Virus record (IMG/VR): IMGVR_UViG_3300010346_001007
Coordinates: 1 to 64,000 of that record
DNA: 64,000 bases
Source of the DNA: a virus
Lineage: Duplodnaviria; Caudoviricetes
Reading direction: 5' to 3' (one strand)
The position numbers and the translations under genes were made by a program. The notes below the pieces were generated by a model. That model was not told the origin of the DNA, did not search any database, and saw only the letters and a list, made by a program, of their open reading frames with translations. Positions 29,934 through 39,956 of this stretch are shown here, in pieces (position 1 is the stretch's first letter; each line of letters begins with the position of its first letter).

Positions 29934-31235
29934 TTAAGTTTTTTTAATTCGTTTTAATGGTGGAAGTTTTAAAGGTTCTTCGGTTGTAATTTGAAGAGCA
30001 CATTTATCTAATATATTGTGAAATACCTCATCCATTTTTTGAATGGAGAATTTTTCTAAATTTTCTAATCTCAATTTTTCATATTTGGCTAACAACGTTT
30101 CGTCATAATTTTTGTATAAAGATTTCATTAAAATTTTCGCCTCATCATGATTTACATCAAACCACTGGGAACCTTTCACAAACCATTCATTGACTGCGGA
30201 ATCGGGAATAGGATTTAATTGTCCATTAAAAAATGTCGTATATTGAGGATTAAGAAAGTCCAGGTGTCCGCTCCAGTTGGGAGCAATGACTGGCTTTCCG
30301 CTTAAAGTAGCTAATAATAATGGATGACCAAATCCTTCTCCGTGAGTAAAAGATACATGTGCTTTTATTTTTGAATGATTATAAAGAGCATTCATTTCAA
30401 AATCATTTAATTCTCCATACATAAGGTATGCGTTAGGAAAGCGACTATTTGGAAATTCAGTTTTAACCATATCTCTAACCTCATGTATTTTAGTTATACA
30501 TTCATATCGGTCCATTGTACATATTTGGGCACCGCTAGTTTTTAAAATTAAAGCCGGAGGATTATCCATATCTTTAAATGTTTGATAAAACGTTTTTAAT
30601 AACCATCCAATAGCTTTCCGGTCTCCTTGAATATTCCCGGAAGTCCATTGACCAACGAATAAAAAGCACCAGTCTTCTTTTATTTTGGACATGGATGCTT
30701 CTATCGTTTCAATTTTTTCATCGGTTTTATGATATATTTTTGTATCTGCTCCCCAGAATAAAACTTCTATTGGTTTTTCAACCTTTAATTCTTCTTCTAT
30801 TCCATTGGGAAGTTTTTTGTTATAAACAGTATTAATAAAAATATCTTTAGAATGTTTTGAAGTAACAATATTTAAATTCATTCTATTTAATCCTTCAATC
30901 CATTCAGCCCGTGGAACAGTAGATTCAATTCCTGCGGTCATTCCGATATTATATTTGGCTGGGGCCGAAAATTCATTGGGAATAGTTACTTGAATAAAAA
31001 GATCGGGTTGAGAAGTTAATGGAGATTTTAAATTTCGTGTTAATAATTCTTTCCCTTCTGGATCTTGAATGTCTTCATTTATATTTCTTGCACTACAAGA
31101 TCCCCAAGGTGTGGGAATAAGAAACAATTCAAATTTGTTATACCGAAGAAGGCTTTTTGCTAAACACAATGCCCAATCCCCATATCCGCTGCGGGTCCAT
31201 ATTGGGCTTTGAAGTACACATGTAGGTTTTCTCAT
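29934..31235 (-). CDS. glycosyltransferase, GT4-like
   Basis: TRSGYG, FLFVGQW, GEGFGHPLL, WSGHLDF. Confidence 0.85.
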   Translation of the reverse strand: MRKPTCVLQSPIWTRSGYGDWALCLAKSLLRYNKFELFLIPTPWGSCSARNINEDIQDPEGKELLTRNLKSPLTSQPDLFIQVTIPNEFSAPAKYNIGMTAGIESTVPRAEWIEGLNRMNLNIVTSKHSKDIFINTVYNKKLPNGIEEELKVEKPIEVLFWGADTKIYHKTDEKIETIEASMSKIKEDWCFLFVGQWTSGNIQGDRKAIGWLLKTFYQTFKDMDNPPALILKTSGAQICTMDRYECITKIHEVRDMVKTEFPNSRFPNAYLMYGELNDFEMNALYNHSKIKAHVSFTHGEGFGHPLLLATLSGKPVIAPNWSGHLDFLNPQYTTFFNGQLNPIPDSAVNEWFVKGSQWFDVNHDEAKILMKSLYKNYDETLLAKYEKLRLENLEKFSIQKMDEVFHNILDKCALQITTEEPLKLPPLKRIKKT

Positions 31236-31238
31236 ATA

Positions 31239-31463
31239 TTAAATGTTTATAATATTTACTGGTTTTACATTAAATTTTTGTTCGAGTATTTTATATAATT
31301 CTTCTATGCATTCGTCACATAAATGAATTTCTAATTCTGTAAAATCAAATTTGCTTCCATACCAACTTGACGTTTTTAATTCAGAAAAACATTCCCGGGT
31401 AGGATGACGATCACAATAATATTTTATGTCCGAGGAACTTGAATTATTTAGATTTATTTTCAT
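31239..31463 (-). CDS. small putative Zn-binding protein
   Basis: CDRH...LCDEC. Confidence 0.55.
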   Translation of the reverse strand: MKINLNNSSSSDIKYYCDRHPTRECFSELKTSSWYGSKFDFTELEIHLCDECIEELYKILEQKFNVKPVNIINI

Positions 31464-32218
31464 TATTCTAAACTTTGACGTTCTTTTATTTCTTCACTAT
31501 ATTTCTTTTTTATTTCTATTCCTCCTGTTTTCATATATTGTTCGACCAATCCACCCGTAGCAATTTTTTCTTCTATATCGGATTTATTAATTTTAGGAAT
31601 TATTGATTCCGTTTTCTTTAATTCTATAATATTAGATTTTTTATTGTCGGTAGATCCAAATCCACCACTTCCCCGAGAAGTAGAATCTAATTCATTAACT
31701 AAAATAAATTCGGCTGGGTTTGTTTTTTCAACAACTAATTGGGCAATTTTATCTCCCTTTTGGTATATTCGTTCTTGATTTACTTTTATTAATAATTCAT
31801 ACCCCGCATTTTTTTCATCTTTCTTTGTTAAATAACTTATAACAAAATCTTCCGGCTGAAAGATATATTTAAAACAACAAATAATTTCTCCTCTATAATC
31901 ATTATCAATTAATCCAATACTATTAGCCAATACTAAATTATATTTTCTAATTGAAGAACGAGGATGTATCAAAGTGTGATAAAATTCCTTATTATGAAAT
32001 TTTGTCTCGGGAGATTGAGGGCTTATATATAATGCGGTTTTATATTCAATATAATCTACTCTTTTCCATAGTGGATAAAAGCAATCATCTCGAATTATAG
32101 ATTCTCCAATAATTATGGGGTCTTCTACAGCAATTAAGTCGTATCCGGCAGAACTTTCGCTTCCAGCAACTGGTAAAATTGTTTTTCCTTGTATATTTTT
32201 TACTTGTATTGTAATCAT
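31463..32218 (-). CDS. dut: trimeric dUTPase
   Basis: AGYDL, PRSS, GLIDNDYRGE, IAQL, RGSGGFGST; TTGTCT-17-TATAAT at 32229-32257. Confidence 0.95.
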   Translation of the reverse strand: MITIQVKNIQGKTILPVAGSESSAGYDLIAVEDPIIIGESIIRDDCFYPLWKRVDYIEYKTALYISPQSPETKFHNKEFYHTLIHPRSSIRKYNLVLANSIGLIDNDYRGEIICCFKYIFQPEDFVISYLTKKDEKNAGYELLIKVNQERIYQKGDKIAQLVVEKTNPAEFILVNELDSTSRGSGGFGSTDNKKSNIIELKKTESIIPKINKSDIEEKIATGGLVEQYMKTGGIEIKKKYSEEIKERQSLE

Positions 32219-32261
32219 ATTATAACCTATTATAACCTATAATATAGCAAAAGACAATTTT

Positions 32262-33794
32262 TTATATAACTAGCGATTCAATTTTTTTCAAAACAGATTC
32301 TTTGTCAATTTTGGGCCATTCAAATCCCATAATTTCATCCTTCATGACATTTCCTATATAATCTTTATGTGAAAATACATTAAATCGTGGGGGACTGGTC
32401 CAATTAGAAAATACAAATTCCATTCCATCAATAAATGTTTGAGCCATATTTTTACTATTAAGTCCACCTTCATTTAAAGCCCACCGACGACCTTCGGCTC
32501 CGCAGGCTTCTCGTTTCTTTTTATTCATTAAATACCAGTACATATATCCTTCTGATATATCTTCCCATTTGACTAAATCATCGAAGATATATGGAGTGGG
32601 AATAGATCCCTGTACTAATCGGGTAACAGGCCATAGAGGATATGCCCAGGGTCCATGTTTTTTGTATTTTCCAATATTATTTGAACCGAAGTGATTAGAA
32701 AATTTTAGTGGATTTCCATCATCATCTAATTGTCCAATTTGATCTTGCAACCCTCCTGTTACAGTTACTATAATTGGGGTTCCACACATAATACTTTCTG
32801 CCGCCGACAATCCAAATCCTTCATTAGAAGAAGCATTAACAGTAACATCGGCAAGATTATACAATAAATTCATATCATGCGGAGATAATTTTCCTGGAGA
32901 AAATATAATATTATTATTGGGGCAAAATGCTTCCTTAATAGCAAGTAAATTTGTTCCATTTTCTTGCATAATTTCAGTATGTAAAATGAGAACGCATTCC
33001 GAAGCTTCTTTTGGAGAAAGATTTTCACAGAATTGTCGAAATGCAAACATAATATTGCTTGTCCTCTTCCGCTGAATATTTCGAGAATTGTAAAGAATGG
33101 CAAATTTATAATTTTTTCCTTGATATATTTGGTTTTTAAAGTTAATAAAATTTTTATCATTTTTATCAATTGGTTTAAAAGTATCACCATCAATTCCATG
33201 AGGACAATATTGTAAAAGAGTTCTATTGTTCATAGGACGATTAATATTTTCTACAGGAATTATATTGCCTTCATTATCAAAATCTCCATCAATTAACATA
33301 CAATTCTTTGGTTCAAGAACCCACTTATTAATATTCATCGTTTGTTTACTAATACTAAAGAGGGCATCACAACTTTCGTAAAATGGTCGATTATACATGG
33401 GATAAGGAATATCATCCCAAATATTTAAATAAGTTAATGGTATTTTGGCCCGAATTCTTTTTTCAAGAGCATATAACCATCCCCAGAATCGAGGATCAGT
33501 AAAATGCAAAATGGCATGAGGGCGCTCTATCGTCATAATTTGATTTAATATATTTTCATTTCCATATCCATCGACGGGATATACTTTAACGTATGCATCG
33601 TTTATATTTTTTAATTCATTGGTGGACTGGGAAAGATCAAATATTTTACCTTTTTCTGGATGAGTAATTGCCCCTCCTATTTGAACCCAATCATATTTAT
33701 GGACCGTTCCTAAAACTAATTCACGAGACATAGTTGCTACGCCCGAGTTCATACGAAGATCGTCAGATAACAAAAGAATTCTTTTTTTTGCCAT
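32262..33794 (-). CDS. glycosyltransferase, GT4-like
   Basis: SGVAT, PHGID, RNIQRK, NEGFGLSAAES. Confidence 0.85.
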   Translation of the reverse strand: MAKKRILLLSDDLRMNSGVATMSRELVLGTVHKYDWVQIGGAITHPEKGKIFDLSQSTNELKNINDAYVKVYPVDGYGNENILNQIMTIERPHAILHFTDPRFWGWLYALEKRIRAKIPLTYLNIWDDIPYPMYNRPFYESCDALFSISKQTMNINKWVLEPKNCMLIDGDFDNEGNIIPVENINRPMNNRTLLQYCPHGIDGDTFKPIDKNDKNFINFKNQIYQGKNYKFAILYNSRNIQRKRTSNIMFAFRQFCENLSPKEASECVLILHTEIMQENGTNLLAIKEAFCPNNNIIFSPGKLSPHDMNLLYNLADVTVNASSNEGFGLSAAESIMCGTPIIVTVTGGLQDQIGQLDDDGNPLKFSNHFGSNNIGKYKKHGPWAYPLWPVTRLVQGSIPTPYIFDDLVKWEDISEGYMYWYLMNKKKREACGAEGRRWALNEGGLNSKNMAQTFIDGMEFVFSNWTSPPRFNVFSHKDYIGNVMKDEIMGFEWPKIDKESVLKKIESLVI

Positions 33795-33809
33795 AATTAT
33801 AACTTTATA

Positions 33810-34028
33810 TTAAACAACTGTTGAAGAAGAAATTGCATTCCAAGAAGAAGAAATATATTGAGGAATATAGTTATTCATTTCAATACGATATTTCTCTTCT
33901 TTAACATAACGAAATATAGTTTTTTCTATTAATTTCTGTAAGGAATGTTTGTGCCTTATACCTAGAATTTTAAATTCGTCGTATAAAGATTCTTCTATTT
34001 TAATTGTAGTTGAAACTTTATTTTTCAT
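33810..34028 (-). CDS. ribbon-helix-helix DNA-binding protein
   Basis: alternating strand VSTTIKI then two helices (EESLYDEFK; SLQKLIEKTI). Confidence 0.7.
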   Translation of the reverse strand: MKNKVSTTIKIEESLYDEFKILGIRHKHSLQKLIEKTIFRYVKEEKYRIEMNNYIPQYISSSWNAISSSTVV

Positions 34029-34036
34029 GTTATAGT

Positions 34037-34067
34037 TATACGTATATACATATTTACGTATATACGT
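34037..34067. promoter_or_regulatory. candidate operator (palindromic repeats)
   Basis: TACGTATATAC twice (34039-34049, 34055-34065); perfect palindrome ACGTATATACGT at 34056-34067. Confidence 0.6.
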
Positions 34068-34116
34068 TTAGCTATAAGTATGTACTAAAAAATTATTTCG
34101 ATAATATTTATTTTGG

Positions 34117-34809
34117 GTGAAAACAATTTCTTTAACGGTTTCAAATAGACCAGAATATTTGAAGAAGTTTCTTGATACATTAAGAAAATGTCATTATATT
34201 AATGAATATGAGTTAATTATAGGACTTGAGCCTATTTGTATGGAATCTTGGAGAATATGTAAATCAATAGATTTTATTCCTACTAAAATAATATATAATG
34301 AAAAAAAATTGGGGGTTAAAGAAAATCCGTATAGATTATTAAATCATATTTTTCAATTTAGTGAATTTAATATTTATTTAGAAGAAGATATAATATTATC
34401 TGAAGATGCTATTTCAATTTGTGAATGGTATTGGAATTCTAAATTATATAATGAATTTGTTTGTTTAAATTTACATAATTATTGGTCGCTAGACCCTAAT
34501 GCTAATCCTAAGAAAGTAAAAATTATTCCTCCCGAAGATTTTATAGCTTTTGGGTGGGCAATGGATAAATTACAATGGAATAATACATTTAGTAAGTGGT
34601 GGTATTTAACTGGGCGAGGATGGGATTGGGTTATTAGAACTTGTTTAAGTCAAAATAAAAAAACTATTATAGCTCCAGAATTTTCTCGATGTAATCATAT
34701 AGGAGAATTTGGAACTCATGCGGGGCCTAAAGATATGATAGAATTTAGAAAAAGACCTTTATATCAAGGATCTCCAATATGGCCAGAAGAATTTGTATAT
34801 GAAAAATAG
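34117..34809 (+). CDS. GT-A fold glycosyltransferase
   Basis: NRPEYL, IYLEEDI, GWDW, SRCNHIG; GTG start with ATATTTATT upstream. Confidence 0.7.
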   Translation: MKTISLTVSNRPEYLKKFLDTLRKCHYINEYELIIGLEPICMESWRICKSIDFIPTKIIYNEKKLGVKENPYRLLNHIFQFSEFNIYLEEDIILSEDAISICEWYWNSKLYNEFVCLNLHNYWSLDPNANPKKVKIIPPEDFIAFGWAMDKLQWNNTFSKWWYLTGRGWDWVIRTCLSQNKKTIIAPEFSRCNHIGEFGTHAGPKDMIEFRKRPLYQGSPIWPEEFVYEK

Positions 34810-35542
34810 ATTAGGAATTATTATACCATTTTATTATAAAATAAACGAGTTTAAATTTACATTTCCTATAAATTGGTGGAAAATACCAAATAAAACGGAA
34901 ATAATTTTAAGTGTAGATGAACCACACTCGGGGGATTTATTAATTGATTTTATTAAAAAATATAATAACCTAAGATGGAAAATTATATGCAATAATCGAA
35001 CTCATATTTGGCGTTCTCCATGTGCTGCTATTAATGTTGGAATTAAACATAGTATATCTGATTATCTTTTGGTTGTATCTCCTGAAAGTATATTCGTAAA
35101 CAATTTAATCTCTAAAGTATATGAGAATGTTTCAAAAAGTCAAGCATGTGCCGGAAGATTATATAAATGTAAATTGGGAGAAGTTAAAACTTTAGGTATA
35201 AATGAATGTGTTAAAAAATATCCGTTTAAAGAATATTATGGTTCAATATGTTTTCCTCGTAAATCGGCCTTAAATGTTTGTGGTTATGATGAATGCATGG
35301 TTGATTGGGGAGGCGACGATGATAATTTTCGTGTTAGGTTAAAAATGGACGGAATTTCATTAAAATATATCGAATCGGGAATATTACATGTTCTTGATGA
35401 AAATAGAACTGATTATGTAAAGGGGACATATACTAAATTTACTAAAGAAGAAATTTATTTTCCTAAACATAAAATATGTCCACATTGTAGTGATAAATGG
35501 GGACAAGATTATAAAGAAATTATATATTGTAATTATTTATAA
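34799..35542 (+). CDS. glycosyltransferase GT2/GT7-C-like
   Basis: AINVG, GYDE...WGGDDD. Confidence 0.75.
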   Translation: MKNRLGIIIPFYYKINEFKFTFPINWWKIPNKTEIILSVDEPHSGDLLIDFIKKYNNLRWKIICNNRTHIWRSPCAAINVGIKHSISDYLLVVSPESIFVNNLISKVYENVSKSQACAGRLYKCKLGEVKTLGINECVKKYPFKEYYGSICFPRKSALNVCGYDECMVDWGGDDDNFRVRLKMDGISLKYIESGILHVLDENRTDYVKGTYTKFTKEEIYFPKHKICPHCSDKWGQDYKEIIYCNYL

Positions 35543-36409
35543 TGGGTCCGGTTTTCCATCGCATTTACCATTTTTCAAATAATTACAATATTTACAATTT
35601 TTCTTATTTTTACCAGGAACTTTAGGAAATTTTTGATTTAAATTATAATTTCCATCGGGTGTGAAGCAAGTTTCGACGAAATTACGAAATTCTTTAATTA
35701 CTTGCATCACATCGTTTTGAAAAGATGCAGGTTTAAATATTTGTATTCTATTTTGTTCAAATTTAACATTAGGATAAATTTTGCGGCTTAAAATAATGAA
35801 TTCTATATGAATTTTATTTAGTGGAATATTGAATTTTTTGCTATATGCCGCTTTATACATTAATAACTGGCTTATTTTGGCAAAATCTTCTTTTGTTGCC
35901 GCAGTCCACTTTCGAGTTGCCGTTTTAAAATCAATTATTCGTATATCTCCCGTTACTTTATCTTTTAATACCATGTCTAATCGACAAGTTAAAGTGCAAT
36001 TATTAACTACGCTTTCATTAATTGCTACTTCAATGCCAACCCACTCCCATTTATCGGTAGGAAAATATCTCAATCTATTTGCGGGGTTTTTAAATTCGGA
36101 CAAAATTTCTTGTCCATCTTCTAAAAATTCAGAAAAATCTTCAGGAGTATGTTTAATTTTTTTACGGGCAATTTCTCCTTCAAAAGTTTTTTTAAATATT
36201 GGAAACAAGTCAATTTCTTCGGCTTCTTTTTCTCCTACAGTATAAAGAATTTTCAAATATGTTTGAATAGCTTCATGAATTCCTGTTCCAAATGACATAT
36301 GAATGCTTTCTTCAAACACCCTTTCGTTTAGAACGTAATCCCGATACCATCTATACGGACAGGCCCACCAATTAGAAAATTGGGTGTGACTAATAATCTT
36401 TTTTCTCAT
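35537..36409 (-). CDS. PD-(D/E)XK RecB/Cas4-like exonuclease
   Basis: ISHTQ...CP, FGTGIH, E...RLD...IIDFKT, Q..Y, CKYC...C; TTGATT-17-TATAAT at 36422-36450. Confidence 0.85.
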   Translation of the reverse strand: MRKKIISHTQFSNWWACPYRWYRDYVLNERVFEESIHMSFGTGIHEAIQTYLKILYTVGEKEAEEIDLFPIFKKTFEGEIARKKIKHTPEDFSEFLEDGQEILSEFKNPANRLRYFPTDKWEWVGIEVAINESVVNNCTLTCRLDMVLKDKVTGDIRIIDFKTATRKWTAATKEDFAKISQLLMYKAAYSKKFNIPLNKIHIEFIILSRKIYPNVKFEQNRIQIFKPASFQNDVMQVIKEFRNFVETCFTPDGNYNLNQKFPKVPGKNKKNCKYCNYLKNGKCDGKPDPL

Positions 36410-36462
36410 AATGTATTGATTATTATAACACACTTTAAAAATGGAATCAACTATTTATATTC

Positions 36463-37212
36463 ATGAATATGAAAACTTTTATTACTTTTTTATTTTTGGT
36501 CATTATAACATTTGCATTACCAGCATCCGAGTTCCAAAGGGGAGTTTTTTGTGTAGATAATACAGTAGAATGTAGAAATATACAGATAGATGGAACGACA
36601 ACAACAAATACAGTTTTTATGGGGAAAACTGTAGAAGTTGGGGAATCGATGTTAGAAATAGAAACCCCTAACAAAACAACATTTTACTTTTCGGGAGGTC
36701 CATTGATTGAAACAGGTACGAATTCAATGTTGAGTATCAATTTATTTGATCGGGAAGTAATTAATCTCGATTCAATTCCACGAAAAGCAGAATTTGGGAG
36801 ATGTAATCTTAGTGTGAAATTTGAAATTGGAGAATATTGTGTGATTTATCCAAATTCCGACCCAAATTCAAGTTTTACTATAACCACTCCATATACCGCA
36901 TATGAAATTTTAAATGGTAAATTTTATTTTAGAATTACTGACAGATCAGCAATTGTATATGTTATTGAAGGAGCGATGAATGTTCATGGTGATAAACATA
37001 TTAATAAAACGGCCAAAGGAAATTTAGCAATAGCGGTTCCATTTATGGATCCTGCCAGCGGATTAAATGATAAAATTGTGACGAGCATTAAGCCCGTAAA
37101 TCAAGAAGATACAAGTAAATTTTCCGATCCAGTAACATTAGCCGAACAAAAATGGAATGATGTTCAATTTTTTATAATTGATGGTAAAATAATTGGGGTG
37201 TGGTTTAATTAA
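36463..37212 (+). CDS. signal-peptide protein with FecR-like beta domain
   Basis: hydrophobic N-terminus; FTITTP...GKFYF...VYVIEGAMNV pattern. Confidence 0.55.
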   Translation: MNMKTFITFLFLVIITFALPASEFQRGVFCVDNTVECRNIQIDGTTTTNTVFMGKTVEVGESMLEIETPNKTTFYFSGGPLIETGTNSMLSINLFDREVINLDSIPRKAEFGRCNLSVKFEIGEYCVIYPNSDPNSSFTITTPYTAYEILNGKFYFRITDRSAIVYVIEGAMNVHGDKHINKTAKGNLAIAVPFMDPASGLNDKIVTSIKPVNQEDTSKFSDPVTLAEQKWNDVQFFIIDGKIIGVWFN

Positions 37213-37265
37213 ATTACTGGAAAAAATGGTTGCATGACTGGTTATTTTGTGGTATCATTGTTTTT

Positions 37266-37724
37266 ATGAATAGAAGAAATTTTTTAGAAACGGTCGCTGC
37301 GGTTCCTTTTATATCCGCTGTAATTCCCAAGTCTATATTGAAAAAAGATGTGATTGTTGAAGAAGAAAAATCTATTTTTAATCCTTCAGTATTATCAATA
37401 GATGTTAGTGATAAATCTTCCATATTAACCCCACCGGAGATTATAAATGCGGGATTTAAGTATGTAAAGACTTTAACTTTTGAAGAAAATGGGAAATCAT
37501 ATTTTGTTAAAACGGTGGGGATTCCTCTTAGATTACCAGTAACTCCACCCGGAACCCCCATTCCGGAAAATGTTAAAGAACGAGTGATTCGGGAAATTAG
37601 GAAAATTGGATTTACTCATATATACGATGTAAGACTTATAGAAGTTGGTATTTATGAAAAAGATTCACTTATAGTTAACCACAGATCTTATGTCAGCGGG
37701 GCAACAATAAAAAATGACGCTTAA
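37266..37724 (+). CDS. hypothetical protein with twin-arginine-like N-terminus
   Basis: MNRRNFL; TTGCAT-17-TATCAT at 37230-37258 supports this start. Confidence 0.6.
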   Translation: MNRRNFLETVAAVPFISAVIPKSILKKDVIVEEEKSIFNPSVLSIDVSDKSSILTPPEIINAGFKYVKTLTFEENGKSYFVKTVGIPLRLPVTPPGTPIPENVKERVIREIRKIGFTHIYDVRLIEVGIYEKDSLIVNHRSYVSGATIKNDA

Positions 37725-38046
37725 TCAATTATATAGTTTAACTGATGAAGAATTGGGGATGGCGTTATATATCGTAAACCATTTGGAAGATTCTTCAAAT
37801 AAAATACAATATAATCCACATAATCTTACATGGTTTAAGCACGATGCACTAATAAAAAAATTTTTGCGTGCATTTGAACAAATAAAACCGGAGGGACATA
37901 CTATTTATGTTTCGTTAATGAAGAAATTAGGAGTACACATTGAGATAAATTCATCACCGACTAATGAATCCCAACGAATTGAAAGCCCGGAAAATAATAG
38001 ACTTGCATCAGAAACGAGTGTTCCACTTGATGATGCGTATGGCTAA
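37714..38046 (+). CDS. hypothetical protein
   Basis: ORF. Confidence 0.55.
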   Translation: MTLNQLYSLTDEELGMALYIVNHLEDSSNKIQYNPHNLTWFKHDALIKKFLRAFEQIKPEGHTIYVSLMKKLGVHIEINSSPTNESQRIESPENNRLASETSVPLDDAYG

Positions 38047-38443
38047 AGATGTGGTCGAGCGAGCACATCATCACGACATGTCAAAATTTGGAGAGGAAGA
38101 ATTTCCACATTATGCTAATGTTATAGAGGAATTTGAAAAATTTTCATTTGGAAGTGACGGATATAATTGTGCTAGAGAAAAATTAGGAATAGCACTTAAA
38201 CATCATTATGAAAATAATCGACACCATCCCGAGCATTTTCCTAATGGAATTGATGACATGAATTTAATTGATATATTAGAAATGATTTGTGATTGGAAAT
38301 CGGCCACACAAAATCATTCGGCAGTTAAAGGAGATATATCAAATTCGGTGGAGATATTATCTGAAAAATATAAAATAAATCCGCAACTTAAATCAATTAT
38401 TTATAATACATTGCGTGATTTTAAAGCTTTAAATAACGAATAG
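37964..38443 (+). CDS. DUF5662-like HD-type phosphohydrolase
   Basis: HDMSKF, HHYENNRHHPEH, EMICDW. Confidence 0.75.
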   Translation: MNPNELKARKIIDLHQKRVFHLMMRMAKDVVERAHHHDMSKFGEEEFPHYANVIEEFEKFSFGSDGYNCAREKLGIALKHHYENNRHHPEHFPNGIDDMNLIDILEMICDWKSATQNHSAVKGDISNSVEILSEKYKINPQLKSIIYNTLRDFKALNNE

Positions 38444-38522
38444 AAATAAAAAACATTTCAATTATTGGGATGTGAGTTTTATAGAATGAATGTTGCTACT
38501 GGAGAACTGAAAAAATACTAAT

Positions 38523-39914
38523 ATGTATCAGAATATATTTTATGACCGAAAAAATGAAACGGTTTATTTGTGGGACGATGCACAGGGAATGTTATGCATA
38601 CCATCTTCAAAATTTCATTATGCATATCGGCGTAAAGCAGGAGGAACTTATAAATCTCTTTATGGAGAAGAACTCGAAAAAGTAACAATATTTGATGCAC
38701 AAGACCCGTCATTATTTGAATCGGATGTAAGTATAGAAATGAAATGCTTACGAGATATGTATGAAGACAGTGACGAGCCATCCGTGGGCCATAGAATTGT
38801 TATTTTGGATATTGAAGTAGATTCAACAGGAGGATTTCCAAATATTGATACAGGAGATAAAACCATTACGGCAATTGCTATGTACAATCAATTGTCTGAC
38901 CGATATATTTCTTTAGTATTAGATCCCGAAAACAAAGTTAAAAATAAAATTGATGGAAATGTAGAAATTAAATCTTTTCGCACTGAAAAAAGTCTATTAT
39001 TAAAATTTTTAAATATATGGGATGAAATAGGACCTACGATTGTAAGCGGATGGAATATAATGTATTTTGATATTCCATATTTGTATAATCGATTAAGAAA
39101 TGTATTAGGAAAAAGTGGGGGGTATCGGTTATCTCCGGTAAAAATAGCATATCAGAATTCATTTACTAAAAAAGTAACTATTGCTGGGGTTTCTATTTTA
39201 GATTATTTAGAACTGTATAAAAAATTTATTGGTTCCATGAAATCATCGTGGGCTTTAGCTAGTGTGGCTAAAGATGAGGGTTTAAAAACCCAAAAACTGA
39301 CATATAAAGGCAGTTTAACGGATTTATATAAAAATGACATTCACAGATATATTGAATATAATTTAACTGACGTTAAAGTAGTCGTAGAACTGGATAAAAA
39401 GTATGATTTTATCTATTTGGCTCGTTCTGTATGTCATAAAGGACATGTACCATATGATAATTTTCAAATGTCAAGTAGGTTTATTGATGGAGCCATTTTG
39501 ATGTATTTGAGAAGGAATAAGTTAGTTGCTCCCAATAAACCACCGGAAGGAAGGGCCGAATATGAAGCGATGGAAAGAGAGGGAGAAATTGGATTTACCG
39601 GAGCGTTTGTAAAGTCTCCAGTGCCCGGTCTTTATGATTGGATTGCTTCGGCGGATATTACTTCGCTATATCCTAGTGTAATTATGACCTTGAATATAAG
39701 TCCCGAAAAAAAGCTAGGGAAGATCGAAAATTGGGATATGATGTCATTCCGGCGGGGAGAAATTCCCGAGGTACACTTAAATGGGAATAAATATTCCGCC
39801 GACCACTTCAAGAAGATGTTGTCAGATCATAAGATTGCCATATCAAGCAATGGAATAATTTACTCACAGCCTACAAGAAAGGTTGTAGGAAGAATTATTG
39901 AAAATGATACTTAA
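38523..39914 (+). CDS. polB: family B DNA polymerase, N-terminal part (3'-5' exonuclease + motif A)
   Basis: DIE, GWN..FDIPY, YNLTD, DITSLYPS. Confidence 0.95.
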   Translation: MYQNIFYDRKNETVYLWDDAQGMLCIPSSKFHYAYRRKAGGTYKSLYGEELEKVTIFDAQDPSLFESDVSIEMKCLRDMYEDSDEPSVGHRIVILDIEVDSTGGFPNIDTGDKTITAIAMYNQLSDRYISLVLDPENKVKNKIDGNVEIKSFRTEKSLLLKFLNIWDEIGPTIVSGWNIMYFDIPYLYNRLRNVLGKSGGYRLSPVKIAYQNSFTKKVTIAGVSILDYLELYKKFIGSMKSSWALASVAKDEGLKTQKLTYKGSLTDLYKNDIHRYIEYNLTDVKVVVELDKKYDFIYLARSVCHKGHVPYDNFQMSSRFIDGAILMYLRRNKLVAPNKPPEGRAEYEAMEREGEIGFTGAFVKSPVPGLYDWIASADITSLYPSVIMTLNISPEKKLGKIENWDMMSFRRGEIPEVHLNGNKYSADHFKKMLSDHKIAISSNGIIYSQPTRKVVGRIIENDT

Positions 39915-39956
39915 TGTTTTTGTTTTATATTCATAGTCATAATAAATGAAGGAAAT

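Noticed and set aside
35537-36409. Cas4 as part of a CRISPR system
   Set aside because: No repeat-spacer array or other cas genes seen; solo Cas4/RecB-like nucleases are common in phages
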